Part shown: positions 10,021-20,576 of the stretch, in pieces | Numbering within the stretch: position 1 is the stretch's first letter | Layout of the letters: each line of letters opens with the position of its first letter | Notes under the pieces: model-generated | Database searches by the model: none | Told to the model about the DNA's origin: nothing | The model's input: only the letters and a program-made list of their open reading frames with translations | Program-made: the position numbers and the translations under genes | DNA from: an uncultured Pseudomonadales bacterium | Lineage (GTDB): Bacteria > Patescibacteriota > Microgenomatia > UBA1400 > PJMF01 | Assembly: GCA_964515115.1 (NCBI GenBank) | Contig: CAZESB010000001.1 | Span: 48,292 to 112,291, forward strand | Direction: 5' to 3' | DNA length: 64,000 nt

Positions 10021-10783
10021 ACCAGCAGTAGAGAAAAAAGAGTTTGCCATCGTGGTATTGCTGGCAGTGTTGCTGGGTTTGGCAGAATTTGTGGGCTGGA
10101 CTCGGGTGATTTCTGCTCAAGTAGAAGCAGTCCTCAATCCCATTCAGGCCTTCGAAACTCAGTTGGTGCGGGCATTTAGCCAGCCAGCCCGATCTTTTTT
10201 TACCGGTTATCACAGTGCCGAAGAATTGCGAGAGCTGAAAATTAGGTACGCTGCTCAAATAGCGGAACTTGACGAGCTGGACCGACTCCGTCGAGAAAAC
10301 ACTCAACTCAGGCAAATGTTGGAAAATCCGGAGCGACCAAGCGAAGACGTTAAAATTGCTGCTCCGGTAGTATCTTTGGCCTATCCGGCGGTGGCAGCCG
10401 GTAGTCAAAATGGCGTCAATCAAGGCGAAATGGTCACTTTTCAAAATACTTTATTGGGTGTCGTTACGCAAGTTTCTCAGCATCAATCCAGGATCGCTCT
10501 TTTAACCAGAAAAGACAGTGTGCCGGTTTTGGCTAAAACCAACAGTGGTGTGCAAGGAATTGTGACCGGCAATGGCAAGCAAGTCATTTTAACCGAAGTG
10601 CCTCACGGTTTGATTCTCAACAAAGGCGAGCGAGTGGTGACGGTTGGTCAGGAGGGCATTAGGCGCGATGTTTTGATTGGGGTGATTGGTGAGGTGATGA
10701 CCCGACCTTCTGCTCCCACCCAAACCGCAGTAGTTCAACAACAACTGTCATTTTTTGATGTGCCGGCAGTGGAAATTTGGTAA
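9998..10783 (+). CDS. mreC: Rod shape-determining protein MreC
   Basis: N-terminal TM, coiled coil (ELDRLRRENTQLRQMLEN), beta-rich C-terminus; overlaps mreB end by 23 nt. Confidence 0.6.
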   Translation: MSKITLYRPAVEKKEFAIVVLLAVLLGLAEFVGWTRVISAQVEAVLNPIQAFETQLVRAFSQPARSFFTGYHSAEELRELKIRYAAQIAELDELDRLRRENTQLRQMLENPERPSEDVKIAAPVVSLAYPAVAAGSQNGVNQGEMVTFQNTLLGVVTQVSQHQSRIALLTRKDSVPVLAKTNSGVQGIVTGNGKQVILTEVPHGLILNKGERVVTVGQEGIRRDVLIGVIGEVMTRPSAPTQTAVVQQQLSFFDVPAVEIW

Positions 10784-10824
10784 CGAAACTTAATTTGCTG
10801 GTTGAATAAATTTAATAAAGGAAA

Positions 10825-11298
10825 ATGATGATCAAAGCAATTTTACAATTCTTGCTGATATTTTTTGTCCTGGTTTTGTTGTTGAGTTTAGAGTCGGCTG
10901 TGGGTTTGCCGGTGATTTTTTTGGCGGTTTTGAGTTGGCTCAGTGTCCTTTTTGCCAATCTCCTCTGGTGGCCGCTGATTTTGATCTTGATTTTAAGTTT
11001 TGTGATGGCGGCGGTTTATCAAATTCCTATGGCGGCAGCTTTTATTATTTTAATTTTAGCAGGGCGATTTAACATTAAGGCCAAAGGCGGAATCTTGACC
11101 AAACGGATGCAACGCATTTTACTGACTTCGGCGGCAGGCTCACTGGTTGTTTTGCTAATTTCTGATCTTGATTTAGCCTCATTAAGCCCGCCTACTCTGA
11201 TTTTGCAAAGTGGTATAGTATTGCTGCTGGTTTGGCGGATGTTGGGGCTACCAATCAGCTCAGATAAATCCCTAACCAAACGTCTCGGACGCAACTGA
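10825..11298 (+). CDS. mreD: MreD-like polytopic membrane protein
   Basis: About 157 aa, all-hydrophobic, positioned between mreC and PBP2; stop overlaps mrdA start (ATGA). Confidence 0.5.
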   Translation: MMIKAILQFLLIFFVLVLLLSLESAVGLPVIFLAVLSWLSVLFANLLWWPLILILILSFVMAAVYQIPMAAAFIILILAGRFNIKAKGGILTKRMQRILLTSAAGSLVVLLISDLDLASLSPPTLILQSGIVLLLVWRMLGLPISSDKSLTKRLGRN

Positions 11299-13196
11299 TG
11301 AATCTTTTTAAACAACTATCGCCTAAAGTACTGCTTTTTTTCGCGGTGGCAGTGGCAGTTTTTTCACTTTTAATGTGGCGACTGGCGGATTTGCAGCTGA
11401 TTAACGGCCGTTCTTACTTGACGATGGCTGATGCCAACAGGTTGTTTACAGCCAGAGTGCCGGTGGAGCGAGGGGTTTTTCTTGATCGCTACGGTGATCC
11501 GCTGGTATACAACCAGCCGCGATATTACCGATTGACTGATCCTGAAGCTTTATTCAGCGACAAAGCAGAAATTTCCCGCGAGGAGGCTTTAATTGTCATG
11601 GCGTCTGGTAGCGAGAGTGTGGGTTATGAACTGGAAAGGGAGTTTGTTTTTCCAGCAGCCACGGCTCACGTGCTTGGTTATGCCAGCGCAGTTACTGCCG
11701 ATGAATTAAAACAAGATACCACTCTGCATATTGAAGACAAAACGGGCAAAATGGGTATGGAGCGAGTGTTTGATGAAGTGCTGCGAGGAGTGGCGGGCGC
11801 CAGTTTTTATGAAGTCAATGCTCTTGGGAAAAAACAGAGAAAAGTGGGCGATCGGGAAGGGATTCCCGGCTTGAATATTGACACCACTCTTGATCCATAT
11901 TTGTCGCAAATTGCTTTTGCAGCCATGGGTGCCAAGCGCGGCGCGGTAGTGATTCTTGACAGCGCTACTGGGGAGGTTTTGACTTTAGTCAGTACACCCA
12001 CTTATGATCCGCAGGCTTTAAGCACCAAGTACCTTGATCCTGAACTGGAAAAACAAAGACGGCAGCAGGTGAGTGACTTTTTCACCCATCCGCAGAAGTT
12101 GTTTTTCAACCGGGCGATTAGTGGGGTTTACCCGCCCGGGTCGGTTTTTAAAATTCTCACCGCTTTAGCCGGTCTGGATAGTGGAGCGATTGATGCCGGC
12201 AAGACCGTTGATGATACCGGTGTTCTCGAGATCGGGGAATATTCTTACGCCAACTGGTATTACACTCAGTACGGCAGGATTGATGGGCCGATTGCCTTAG
12301 TGCGCGCCCTGGCCAGGAGTAATGATATTTATTTTTATAAAGCGGCTGAGTGGACCGGCCCGCAGAAAATTGCCGATATGGCCAGGCTTTTTGGCTTAGG
12401 TCAGCCAACTGGAATTGAACTTTCAGGAGAAGCAGCCGGCTTGGTGCCAGATCCTGCCTGGAAAGAACGGGAATTGGGCGAGCGCTGGTATCTGGGCAAC
12501 ACTTTTCACTTTGGGATTGGTCAGGACAACTTGTTGGTCACGCCGCTGCAAGTCGCTCAGTATGTCCAGACTATTGCTAAGCGCGGCACGCAGTGCAGTC
12601 CGCATTTGGTCAAAACTAATCCGCTGGAGGTGGATGATGGCTTGGCCAGCCATTGTAGTGAGTTGGGAGTGGCTGAAGAAAATTTGGCACTGGTTTTGCA
12701 AGGGATGTTGGATGCCTGCAGTTTTGGTGGCACTGGTTTTCCTTTCTTTCCCCACAATCAAAGGTTTAGGCAAGAGGGACTGTCGCTGGTAGAGCAGCTT
12801 AATGAAGGGGCGGTGGCTTGTAAAACCGGTACTTCGGAGTTTGGCGGTGCTGATTCCAGGGGGTACAGGCAGACTCACGGCTGGTTTACCGCTATTGTTG
12901 GGATTAAGAAAGAAGATATTTTGCCGGCGGGCGGAGAAGATTTCCAGTCCGGAAACTGGGATGATGAAGCTCATTCATTTCGGGAGCGCTGGCTGAGCAG
13001 GGTTGATGAAGCTGGTTTCCCAGACAATTTGGTGATGGTGGCTTTGGTGGAAAGCGATGAAATTTCTCCTTATCGCGAAGGTTCAGCCGACGCAGCGCCG
13101 GTGATTAAAGAGATTGTTGACTGGATTTACGGCACTAATATCAGGGCAGAAACACTCTCCGAAGAGGAAATTAGGGAAGCCGGGCTAGCGGAGTAG
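11298..13196 (+). CDS. mrdA: Penicillin-binding protein 2 (peptidoglycan D,D-transpeptidase)
   Basis: N-terminal TM, SxxK in PPGSVFKIL, KTG in ACKTGTSEF; context mreBCD. Confidence 0.75.
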   Translation: MNLFKQLSPKVLLFFAVAVAVFSLLMWRLADLQLINGRSYLTMADANRLFTARVPVERGVFLDRYGDPLVYNQPRYYRLTDPEALFSDKAEISREEALIVMASGSESVGYELEREFVFPAATAHVLGYASAVTADELKQDTTLHIEDKTGKMGMERVFDEVLRGVAGASFYEVNALGKKQRKVGDREGIPGLNIDTTLDPYLSQIAFAAMGAKRGAVVILDSATGEVLTLVSTPTYDPQALSTKYLDPELEKQRRQQVSDFFTHPQKLFFNRAISGVYPPGSVFKILTALAGLDSGAIDAGKTVDDTGVLEIGEYSYANWYYTQYGRIDGPIALVRALARSNDIYFYKAAEWTGPQKIADMARLFGLGQPTGIELSGEAAGLVPDPAWKERELGERWYLGNTFHFGIGQDNLLVTPLQVAQYVQTIAKRGTQCSPHLVKTNPLEVDDGLASHCSELGVAEENLALVLQGMLDACSFGGTGFPFFPHNQRFRQEGLSLVEQLNEGAVACKTGTSEFGGADSRGYRQTHGWFTAIVGIKKEDILPAGGEDFQSGNWDDEAHSFRERWLSRVDEAGFPDNLVMVALVESDEISPYREGSADAAPVIKEIVDWIYGTNIRAETLSEEEIREAGLAE

Positions 13197-14519
13197 TTTT
13201 GCTCGCTGTTGATCCCAGTAAGCACCGCGCCGGCAGAGCAGTTCGTTGGCTTTTTCTGGTTCTTGCATCAGTTTTTCGACGGCAATTTCCAGTAGCAGCG
13301 TGTTTTGTGAGCCTTTTACTAGCAGCAAACTATCTTTTTCTAGCTGTTTTTCCAGGTAGATGGCGGCTTTGGCAGCATCGGGGAACCATTGCACCGGTGT
13401 GTTGGTAGCAGTAATCACCGGCAAGGCGTATTGTTGCATTGCCGGCCCTACCAGGGCAATTTTATCGCCAACTGCGGCCGCTTTTTTAGCCACCCGCTCG
13501 TGTTCAAGTTTAGTTTCCTGACCCAGCTCCCGCATATCACCCAACAGCGCCAGTTTTTTCCCGGGAGCAATCCGGTTAAGCAACTCGAGAGAGTCTAGCA
13601 TTGGTTCGGCCGAGGCATTGTAGGAGCTGTCAAGGATGTAGGCGTCCTTGATGGCTGGAATTAGGGAGGAGCGCCCCCTGGGTAGTTTGAAGTTTTTTTG
13701 CAGTGATTTGACTGCTTTTTCGATGGTGATGTTTTGGCTGAGGGCCGCCGCGAGAGCGGCGGCCAAAGTATAACCGAAATGATCCGGCAAAGCCTGGCCG
13801 GGGAATTGCAACTCATAATTTTTGCCTTGATATTTCAAAATAAAACTAGTGCCACTGAGCTGCTGGCTGGATCTCACCACCTGAACAGTAGCATTTTTGT
13901 CCTGGCCAAAGGTCAAAACTGCAGCTTGAGTTTTCTCGGCGTGCTTAATTACATTGGCGTCGTCGGTGTTAAGAATAGCCGCGCCGTTTTCAGGCAAACT
14001 AGTGATAAGTTTGCCCTTTTCCGTCGCAATTAGCGCCGTCACCTCTTCCTTGCGTTGTTGCGGATCGATAGTTTTTACCAGACTATCAAAAGGCTGGCTA
14101 TGATTCGCACGGGCGTTAAGAAAAATTCCCACCTGGGGTCGCAAAATAGTCAGCAAGTACTCCATGTTTTTGGGTGCGTACGGACTATCAATGGCCATTT
14201 CCGCGATATAAACATCATATTTTTCTTTATTAGTGAGCAACTTGACCGGTGCAGCCAGAACCAGATACAACCACTCCAGGCTAGAGTAATTCTTATTGCT
14301 CAGTCCCAGAATATTCAGGGGAATTCCCGACTCTGAATTAGCTTTGTAGCCTGTTTTAGTCTTGAAATAGTCCTTAAAAATGGCCTCAACCGCGTTTCTG
14401 GCGCTGCTTTTACCTGCCGAGCCAGTAATGCCAATAATCAAGGGCTGATTCTTTTTGAGCTGAATTTTGGCTAAAAACTTAAAATACTCGAGAATTAATC
14501 TGCTGAGCAAAGTTTTCAT
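13185..14519 (-). CDS. murF: Mur ligase, MurF-like (UDP-MurNAc-tripeptide--D-Ala-D-Ala ligase)
   Basis: IIGITGSAGKSS P-loop of Mur ligases; SGIPLNILGL resembles the MurF NxIGxPLTLL motif; 444 aa. Confidence 0.55.
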   Translation of the reverse strand: MKTLLSRLILEYFKFLAKIQLKKNQPLIIGITGSAGKSSARNAVEAIFKDYFKTKTGYKANSESGIPLNILGLSNKNYSSLEWLYLVLAAPVKLLTNKEKYDVYIAEMAIDSPYAPKNMEYLLTILRPQVGIFLNARANHSQPFDSLVKTIDPQQRKEEVTALIATEKGKLITSLPENGAAILNTDDANVIKHAEKTQAAVLTFGQDKNATVQVVRSSQQLSGTSFILKYQGKNYELQFPGQALPDHFGYTLAAALAAALSQNITIEKAVKSLQKNFKLPRGRSSLIPAIKDAYILDSSYNASAEPMLDSLELLNRIAPGKKLALLGDMRELGQETKLEHERVAKKAAAVGDKIALVGPAMQQYALPVITATNTPVQWFPDAAKAAIYLEKQLEKDSLLLVKGSQNTLLLEIAVEKLMQEPEKANELLCRRGAYWDQQRAKLLR

Positions 14520-14564
14520 AGGTTTGTACAGTTTTTACTAGCTAATAGAGTTAGTGTACTATGT

Positions 14565-15740
14565 ATGGTTCGCAAAAGTAATACGAATGATCAAGTGGTT
14601 GAGTTGTCTGCGGCCGAATTGGCGGCGGTGCTAAGTGTGCCCGGCATTGGCAGAGAAACTGTTCGTCAAATCCTGGTTTACCTAAATAAATACGAAATCA
14701 GTTTTGGGGAATTTTGGCGCAAATTGCCAGCTTCAGCCGTAGAATTACTTTTATCAAAAAAACAGCTAGATAGCCTCAAAAACTTCAAAAAAGAACACAC
14801 AATTAGCTCGTATCATTACTACTTAGCAGAGCAGGGCATCAAGTTGATTTCTTATAAAGATATCACTTACCCGCCGTTGCTTTTGACTACCACAGATTTG
14901 CCGCTGCTACTGTTTGCAAAAGGAAACACGAAAATATTGAGTGATCAGCGCATGATTGCCGTGGTTGGCACTAGGAAAGTAACGACCTATGGCCAGCTGG
15001 CAACTCGCAAGCTGGTGACTGAGCTTTGTCTGGAAGAGGCGATTATTGTTTCTGGTTTTATGTATGGGATTGATGCTGAGGCTCACCAAGCGACTGTGAC
15101 TGCGGGTGGCCAGACGGTGGGGGTGTTGGGTTATGGTTACCACCACCTTTATCCCAAGTGGCAGCGGCCGCTTTTTGACAGCATTTTAGATCAAGGTGGA
15201 GTGTTTATTACCGAATTTCCTCCTCATGCCGCTCCCAACGCTGGGCAGTTTCCCTTGCGAAACAGGATTATTGCCGGTATGTCTCAAGCGGTGGTAGTAA
15301 TTGAAGCGGCCGCAAAGAGTGGCACAAGCATCACTGCCGGTCTTGCTCTCGAGGAGGGTAGACTTGTTTGCGCCGTTCCCGGGCCAATTACCAGTCCATT
15401 TTCTGAGGGCACCAAAAATCTGTTCAAACAAGGTGCGCTGATGGTAGGCAGTGGCCGCGAAGTGATCAACGAGCTGGAACTCAGTTATCCGGAATGCTGG
15501 CTGGGTAGTTATTTAGGCCAAAGTTCAAGCAAACAGTCTGGCCATCATGATGCTCCGAAAAAATATGCTCCGGAAAAAACCATCTGTGATATGCTGATAG
15601 CTCAGCCGCTCAGCACCGAAAAATTGAGTCAGCAAACTCAAATACCTGTTGTAGAATTAAACACATTGTTGACACAATTAGAGTTAAAAGGCAGGATTGT
15701 CAGAAATGGCTTGAACTGGACAGTAGTGATCAACCAATGA
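14565..15740 (+). CDS. dprA: DNA processing protein DprA (Smf)
   Basis: Rossmann-like core IAVVGTRKVTTYG...IVSGFMYGIDAEAHQA...GVLGYGYHHLYP typical of DprA. Confidence 0.75.
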   Translation: MVRKSNTNDQVVELSAAELAAVLSVPGIGRETVRQILVYLNKYEISFGEFWRKLPASAVELLLSKKQLDSLKNFKKEHTISSYHYYLAEQGIKLISYKDITYPPLLLTTTDLPLLLFAKGNTKILSDQRMIAVVGTRKVTTYGQLATRKLVTELCLEEAIIVSGFMYGIDAEAHQATVTAGGQTVGVLGYGYHHLYPKWQRPLFDSILDQGGVFITEFPPHAAPNAGQFPLRNRIIAGMSQAVVVIEAAAKSGTSITAGLALEEGRLVCAVPGPITSPFSEGTKNLFKQGALMVGSGREVINELELSYPECWLGSYLGQSSSKQSGHHDAPKKYAPEKTICDMLIAQPLSTEKLSQQTQIPVVELNTLLTQLELKGRIVRNGLNWTVVINQ

Positions 15741-15755
15741 AATGAGAAAGCAATT

Positions 15756-17984
15756 ATGAACTTAGTGATAGTAGAATCACCTACCAAAGCCAGAAAATTA
15801 AGCTCATATTTGGGTAAGGATTTTCAGATAGAAGCGTCGATTGGTCACATTCGCGACTTGCCAAAAAGTGGCGTTAATGTTGATACAGCCAATAATTTTG
15901 AACCTACTTACGAAGTTTCACCCGATAAGAAAAAAGTCATTACCAAACTTACCCAGGCAGCCAAAAAATCGGACAAAATTTACCTGGCCACCGACCCAGA
16001 CAGAGAAGGTGAGGCTATTGCTTGGCATATCAAAGAAACTTTGGAAAGCAAAAAGGGATTAGGCAAGAAAAATTTTATGCGGGCTACTTTCCATGAAATC
16101 ACTAAACCGGCGGTGACTGAAGCTATTGAAAACCCCGGTACGATCAAAATGGATTTGGTGGATGCTCAGCAAGCCAGAAGGATTGTAGACCGGTTGGTGG
16201 GCTACGAAGTCTCTCCGGTATTATGGAAAAAAATTCGTCGCGGTCTTTCTGCCGGCCGGGTGCAATCGGTGGCTTTGCGGCTGATTGTCGAGCGCGAGCG
16301 GGAAATTGCTGCTTTTGTGCCTGAAGAGTATTGGGAAGTCGATGTGGCGCTCAACACCAGCGGCAAACTTGAATTTACTGCTTTCAAAGATGGAGCGGCC
16401 AGGGATGATTTGCCTGAAAGTTTGTTGATTGGCAGGCTGGTTAAACTGAATGGTCATACTTTCAAGCCTACCAAGGAAGTGGATGTTTCTGGCCTCAAGA
16501 CAGTTTTGCCTGCCGCTACTTACGAAGTGGCGGAAGTTGAGCGCAAGCAAAGAAAACGTAGCAGCTTGCCGCCTTTTACCACTTCCACCATGCAGCAAAA
16601 AGCTGCCGTGGTTTTAGGCTACAGCGGTAAGCAAACCATGCGTTTGGCGCAGCAGCTTTATGAAGAAGGTTTGATTACTTATCACCGCACTGACTCCATG
16701 AGTTTGTCACAGGCCTCGATTGGGATGGCCAGGGAGTATATTGTTAATGCGTATGGAACGGAGTACTTGCCGGAAAAGCCCAGATATTTTGCCACCAAAA
16801 GCAAAAACGCCCAGGAGGCTCACGAGGCTATTCGGGTGACTGAAGTGGCGATCAAAGCAGAAGAAATTATGGCTAAAGGCAGCAAGTTTACCAACCAACA
16901 CGTGCGGCTGTATGATCTGATTCGCCGCCGCTTCATTGCCAGCCAGATGCAGACGGCCATCTACGACCAAACTACGATCCTCACCGACGTCAAGCCCAGC
17001 GCCAGCGGCGGCGGCGGCAAAAACAAAGACATCAAGAACGCTCAGCTCAAAACAACTGGCTCTATTTTGACTTTCGATGGCTGGATGAAACTTTTCCCAG
17101 GTAGCGAAGACACACTTTTACCGGAAGTTAAGCAAGGCCAGATTTTAGATTTTGTTGACCATAATTATGCTCAAAAGTTCACTCAACCGCCTGCCAGGTA
17201 CAACGACGCTTCCTTGATCAAAACCTTAGAAAAAATGGGTATCGGTCGCCCCAGTACCTACGCCTCAATTGTTTCGGTGATTGAAGACCGCGGCTATGTT
17301 GAAAAACAGCAGAAGCGGTTTTTTGCCACTCCGATTGGCACGACCGTGACCGATTTCCTGATGGAATACTTCACCACTTTTATGGATTATGAGTTTACGG
17401 CCGAAATGGAAGAAGATTTGGATAGAATTGCCAGAGGAGAGAAGCAGTGGCGCAAGGTTGTAGGTGAGTTTTACAAGCCTTTCCATGACAAAGTAGAAAA
17501 AGTGACTGAAAATGCCAAGCGCCAACAAGTGCCGTACGAAAAAACCGGCCAAAAATGCCCAGAATGTGGAGCAGAGGAGGGTGGAGAAATTGTCATTCGC
17601 ACCGGCCGCTATGGCAAATTTAAAAGTTGCAGCCGTTTTCCCGACTGCAAATTTACCGAAAATATCGTGGCTACCATTGAGGGAGTTAAGTGTCCGCTTT
17701 GCGGCGATGGTGGAGTCATTGTGAAAAATACCCGCTGGGGCAAACAATTTTATGGTTGCAGCACCTATCCCAAATGTGGCTGGGCCAGCTGGCAGGAACC
17801 TAAGCCGGGTGATACTGTGACAGCGGCAGAGTGGGCCGAGTTACAAGCCAAGCGTGAGGAGCGCAAGAAAAAATGGCAAGAGCGTCGTGGCAAAGGCAAG
17901 GCAACCAAGAAAACCGGAACAACTAGAAAAAGCAAAAAATCTGCAACACCCGGTGGCAGGAAAAAAGCCGCCACTGCCGCTTAG
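15756..17984 (+). CDS. topA: DNA topoisomerase I
   Basis: Toprim start MNLVIVESPTKARKL...IGHIRDLP, C-terminal C4 zinc ribbons (CPECG...CSRFPDC; CPLCG...CSTYPKC), Lys-rich tail. Confidence 0.9.
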   Translation: MNLVIVESPTKARKLSSYLGKDFQIEASIGHIRDLPKSGVNVDTANNFEPTYEVSPDKKKVITKLTQAAKKSDKIYLATDPDREGEAIAWHIKETLESKKGLGKKNFMRATFHEITKPAVTEAIENPGTIKMDLVDAQQARRIVDRLVGYEVSPVLWKKIRRGLSAGRVQSVALRLIVEREREIAAFVPEEYWEVDVALNTSGKLEFTAFKDGAARDDLPESLLIGRLVKLNGHTFKPTKEVDVSGLKTVLPAATYEVAEVERKQRKRSSLPPFTTSTMQQKAAVVLGYSGKQTMRLAQQLYEEGLITYHRTDSMSLSQASIGMAREYIVNAYGTEYLPEKPRYFATKSKNAQEAHEAIRVTEVAIKAEEIMAKGSKFTNQHVRLYDLIRRRFIASQMQTAIYDQTTILTDVKPSASGGGGKNKDIKNAQLKTTGSILTFDGWMKLFPGSEDTLLPEVKQGQILDFVDHNYAQKFTQPPARYNDASLIKTLEKMGIGRPSTYASIVSVIEDRGYVEKQQKRFFATPIGTTVTDFLMEYFTTFMDYEFTAEMEEDLDRIARGEKQWRKVVGEFYKPFHDKVEKVTENAKRQQVPYEKTGQKCPECGAEEGGEIVIRTGRYGKFKSCSRFPDCKFTENIVATIEGVKCPLCGDGGVIVKNTRWGKQFYGCSTYPKCGWASWQEPKPGDTVTAAEWAELQAKREERKKKWQERRGKGKATKKTGTTRKSKKSATPGGRKKAATAA

Positions 17985-18015
17985 CCGACTAGCCACTTTA
18001 GCTACTTAGCCGCAA

Positions 18016-18837
18016 CTAAACTGCCATCTCTGCTTTAATTCGGGGATGATGCCGGTAATTTTCCAACTTAACGTCATCCAGGGTGAAATCATCAATGTTT
18101 TTAATCTTGGGATTAAGCCAGAGAGTGGGCAAATCATAAGGCTGGCGTGAGAGCTGTTCTTTGACTTGCTTAAGGTGATTTTTGTAAATGTGGGCGTCAC
18201 CCAAAACATGAATGAACTCTCCCGGCTCCAAATCCGTCACTTGAGCCACCATCTGCAACAGCAGAGAGTAGGAAGCGATATTAAACGGCACACCAAGGAA
18301 CATATCGCCGCTGCGTTGGTACATTTGCAGCGACAGTTTGCCTTTAGCCACAAAAAATTGGAAGAAAACGTGACAAGGCGGCAGAGCCATCTGGTCAAGC
18401 TCACCCGGATTCCAGGCAGAAACAATCAACCTCCGGTCGTAGGGGTCCTTTTTGATCCGCTCGATCACTTCCGCCAATTGATCAATTTCTTTCCCCTCAG
18501 GATTTCTCCAGGATCGCCACTGCACTCCGTAAACTCGGCCCAAATCTCCCTCAAACTTAGCTTTGGGTTTCCAGTAGGGAGCCTCAGCGTTGGCGTCCCA
18601 GATGTGGCAACCCATCTCGTTGAGCACTTTGTTGTCAGAGGTGCCTTTAAAAAACCAGAGTAGCTCAGCCAGGACTTGTTTGAAAGCCAATCTTTTAGTG
18701 GTTACAGCTGGAAAACCTTGGGATAAATCGTAACGGGTTTGCAGACCAAAAACTGCGATAGTACCAACTCCGGTGCGGTCATCTCTGGCGACCCCATTTT
18801 CAAGCACATACTTGAGCGAGTTGAGGTATTGCTGCAT
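18016..18837 (-). CDS. thyA: Thymidylate synthase (ThyA type)
   Basis: LPPCHVFFQFFV catalytic Cys motif, QRSGDMFLGVPFNIASYSLL. Confidence 0.9.
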   Translation of the reverse strand: MQQYLNSLKYVLENGVARDDRTGVGTIAVFGLQTRYDLSQGFPAVTTKRLAFKQVLAELLWFFKGTSDNKVLNEMGCHIWDANAEAPYWKPKAKFEGDLGRVYGVQWRSWRNPEGKEIDQLAEVIERIKKDPYDRRLIVSAWNPGELDQMALPPCHVFFQFFVAKGKLSLQMYQRSGDMFLGVPFNIASYSLLLQMVAQVTDLEPGEFIHVLGDAHIYKNHLKQVKEQLSRQPYDLPTLWLNPKIKNIDDFTLDDVKLENYRHHPRIKAEMAV

Positions 18838-18870
18838 TTTTCCTTTATTTAGCTGTTATTTCTGATGCCA

Positions 18871-19449
18871 CTATTCTTCGCTTTCCGGAAAATTTTCCGC
18901 CATTTTGCTAGCCTGGACTGAAAAATTATTAAAATATTTACTGCCGAGTGAAGGATCGCCATACTGTTTGGCTGCCGGATTTTTCAGTTGGCAAAAGGCT
19001 ATTTGGGCAATTTTCATTTTAGGATAAAGTTTGATGGGCATACTGTTGGTGTTGAAAAGTTCGAGAGTGGCTTTGAGTTTGTTGCCGGGATCAACAAAAC
19101 CAGCGGTGGTATGGATAATCAGACCAAGTCTGGCTAGGCTGCTTTTGCCCATGATGTTGAGGCAGTACTTGGGTCCGACGCCAAAAAAATCATCTGTTAC
19201 AGCCAAGGCGAACTCGCCTGGGTGGAGGACAAAGTAGTCGTTTTCATTTGCCAGAGTGATTTTGGTCATGTATTCCGCTACCGGCTGTTTGGGATCAATG
19301 ATCTCAACTTTGTGTTTGTCAAAAACCAAAAATTCATTTCCGAGCAAGACATCGTAACTGGCAGGTTGAAGCCTAGCCGGATCGAAGTTTTCGATGATAA
19401 TGTCGCCTTCGTTCAGAGCGGCTTGAATATCAATATCAGATAGGTACAT
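18871..19449 (-). CDS. dcd: dCTP deaminase
   Basis: N-terminal MYLSDIDIQAAL and dUTPase-fold motifs; about 192 aa. Confidence 0.8.
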   Translation of the reverse strand: MYLSDIDIQAALNEGDIIIENFDPARLQPASYDVLLGNEFLVFDKHKVEIIDPKQPVAEYMTKITLANENDYFVLHPGEFALAVTDDFFGVGPKYCLNIMGKSSLARLGLIIHTTAGFVDPGNKLKATLELFNTNSMPIKLYPKMKIAQIAFCQLKNPAAKQYGDPSLGSKYFNNFSVQASKMAENFPESEE

Positions 19450-19530
19450 AGCAATTAATATAACGCATTTTAAGTTTTTTTAAACAGTGAGAAGAATAAG
19501 TGGGAAGAATGGGCAGGGGCATGTTACGAT

Positions 19531-20061
19531 ATGGTCATGAACTCATTGCACGTTTTTTTGATTGCTGCTATTACTCTGGATGGTTTTATTGCTCAGACTA
19601 AAAACCAAAAATCTACTCAATGGACCAGCAAAGCTGATGCCGATTATTTTAGAACCAGGTCGAAGCAAGCGGGAGCGCTGGTAATGGGTGCCACTACTTT
19701 TGCCACTATTGGCGGCCCGATGCAGGGCAGGAAAATTTACGTACTAACTTCAAGCCCGGAAGATTACGAGGGCTTTCATCCTGATCAGGTGGAGCCAGTG
19801 GCTCTGCCGCTGGAAGAGTTGGTGCAGAAAGTTAAGGCTGAAGGGTTTAAGGAGTTGGCTGTTTGCGGCGGCGCCAGCGTTTATCATCAGTTCATGGCCG
19901 CTGGTTTGGTGCAGACTTTGTATTTGACGGTTGAGCCGAAGTTGTTTGGCAAGGGCATTAAGCTTTTTTCCGGTAATTTGGCTGAGGTTGAGTTGAAGTT
20001 GAAAAAAGTTAAAAAACTGTCGGATCAGACAATTCTGCTGGAGTATCAAGTGAGAGGGTAA
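19531..20061 (+). CDS. Dihydrofolate reductase family protein (RibD C-terminal-domain type)
   Basis: FLIAAITLDGFIA...ALVMGATTF...RKIYVLTS pattern of the RibD_C/DHFR-like family; placed between dcd and dut. Confidence 0.55.
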   Translation: MVMNSLHVFLIAAITLDGFIAQTKNQKSTQWTSKADADYFRTRSKQAGALVMGATTFATIGGPMQGRKIYVLTSSPEDYEGFHPDQVEPVALPLEELVQKVKAEGFKELAVCGGASVYHQFMAAGLVQTLYLTVEPKLFGKGIKLFSGNLAEVELKLKKVKKLSDQTILLEYQVRG

Positions 20062-20063
20062 TT

Positions 20064-20528
20064 ATGGCGGGAAAGGCAAGTAAAAGTACCGAAAAAATTA
20101 AAGTAGTGATTAAGCGTTTTGATGAATCGTTGCCATTGCCGGAGTATAAGACGGCTGGGGCAGCTGCTTTTGATCTTTACGCCCGGGAGGAGACCACCAT
20201 CCCCGCTGGGGGAATCGGCTACGTGCCTTTGAACATTGCCCTGCAGCTGCCCCCCAACCACTGGGCGCTTTTGAGCGCCCGCAGCTCGTTGCATCAGCGC
20301 GGCCTGATGTTGGCCAACGGCATTGGAGTAGGTGACTACGATTACCGCGGCGATGAAGACGAATACCGGGCAGCTCTCTACAATTTTTCCTCTCAAGACG
20401 TGGTGGTTGAGCGCGGTGAGCGCCTGGTGCAAATGATCATCATGCACCGCGCACCGGTGGAGTTTCAGGAACTGAAACATTTTGCCACTCACAGCCGCGG
20501 CGGTTTTGGCAGCACCGGTCGAAAATAG
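20064..20528 (+). CDS. dut: dUTP diphosphatase
   Basis: AGAAAFDLYAR, GDYDYRG, RSRGGFGSTG dUTPase motifs. Confidence 0.85.
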   Translation: MAGKASKSTEKIKVVIKRFDESLPLPEYKTAGAAAFDLYAREETTIPAGGIGYVPLNIALQLPPNHWALLSARSSLHQRGLMLANGIGVGDYDYRGDEDEYRAALYNFSSQDVVVERGERLVQMIIMHRAPVEFQELKHFATHSRGGFGSTGRK

Positions 20529-20576
20529 CCACCAAGCTCAGCTAAATTCCCTACAACCAATAGTATTTTCCCCCTT

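Noticed and set aside
12423-12974. 183-aa minus-strand ORF, and similar long antisense ORFs at 7727-8056, 18166-18663, 9435-9870 and 62643-63098
   Set aside because: They are entirely nested antisense to well-supported conserved genes (mrdA, Wzy-TPR, thyA, mreB, rpsB). They are typical shadow ORFs.
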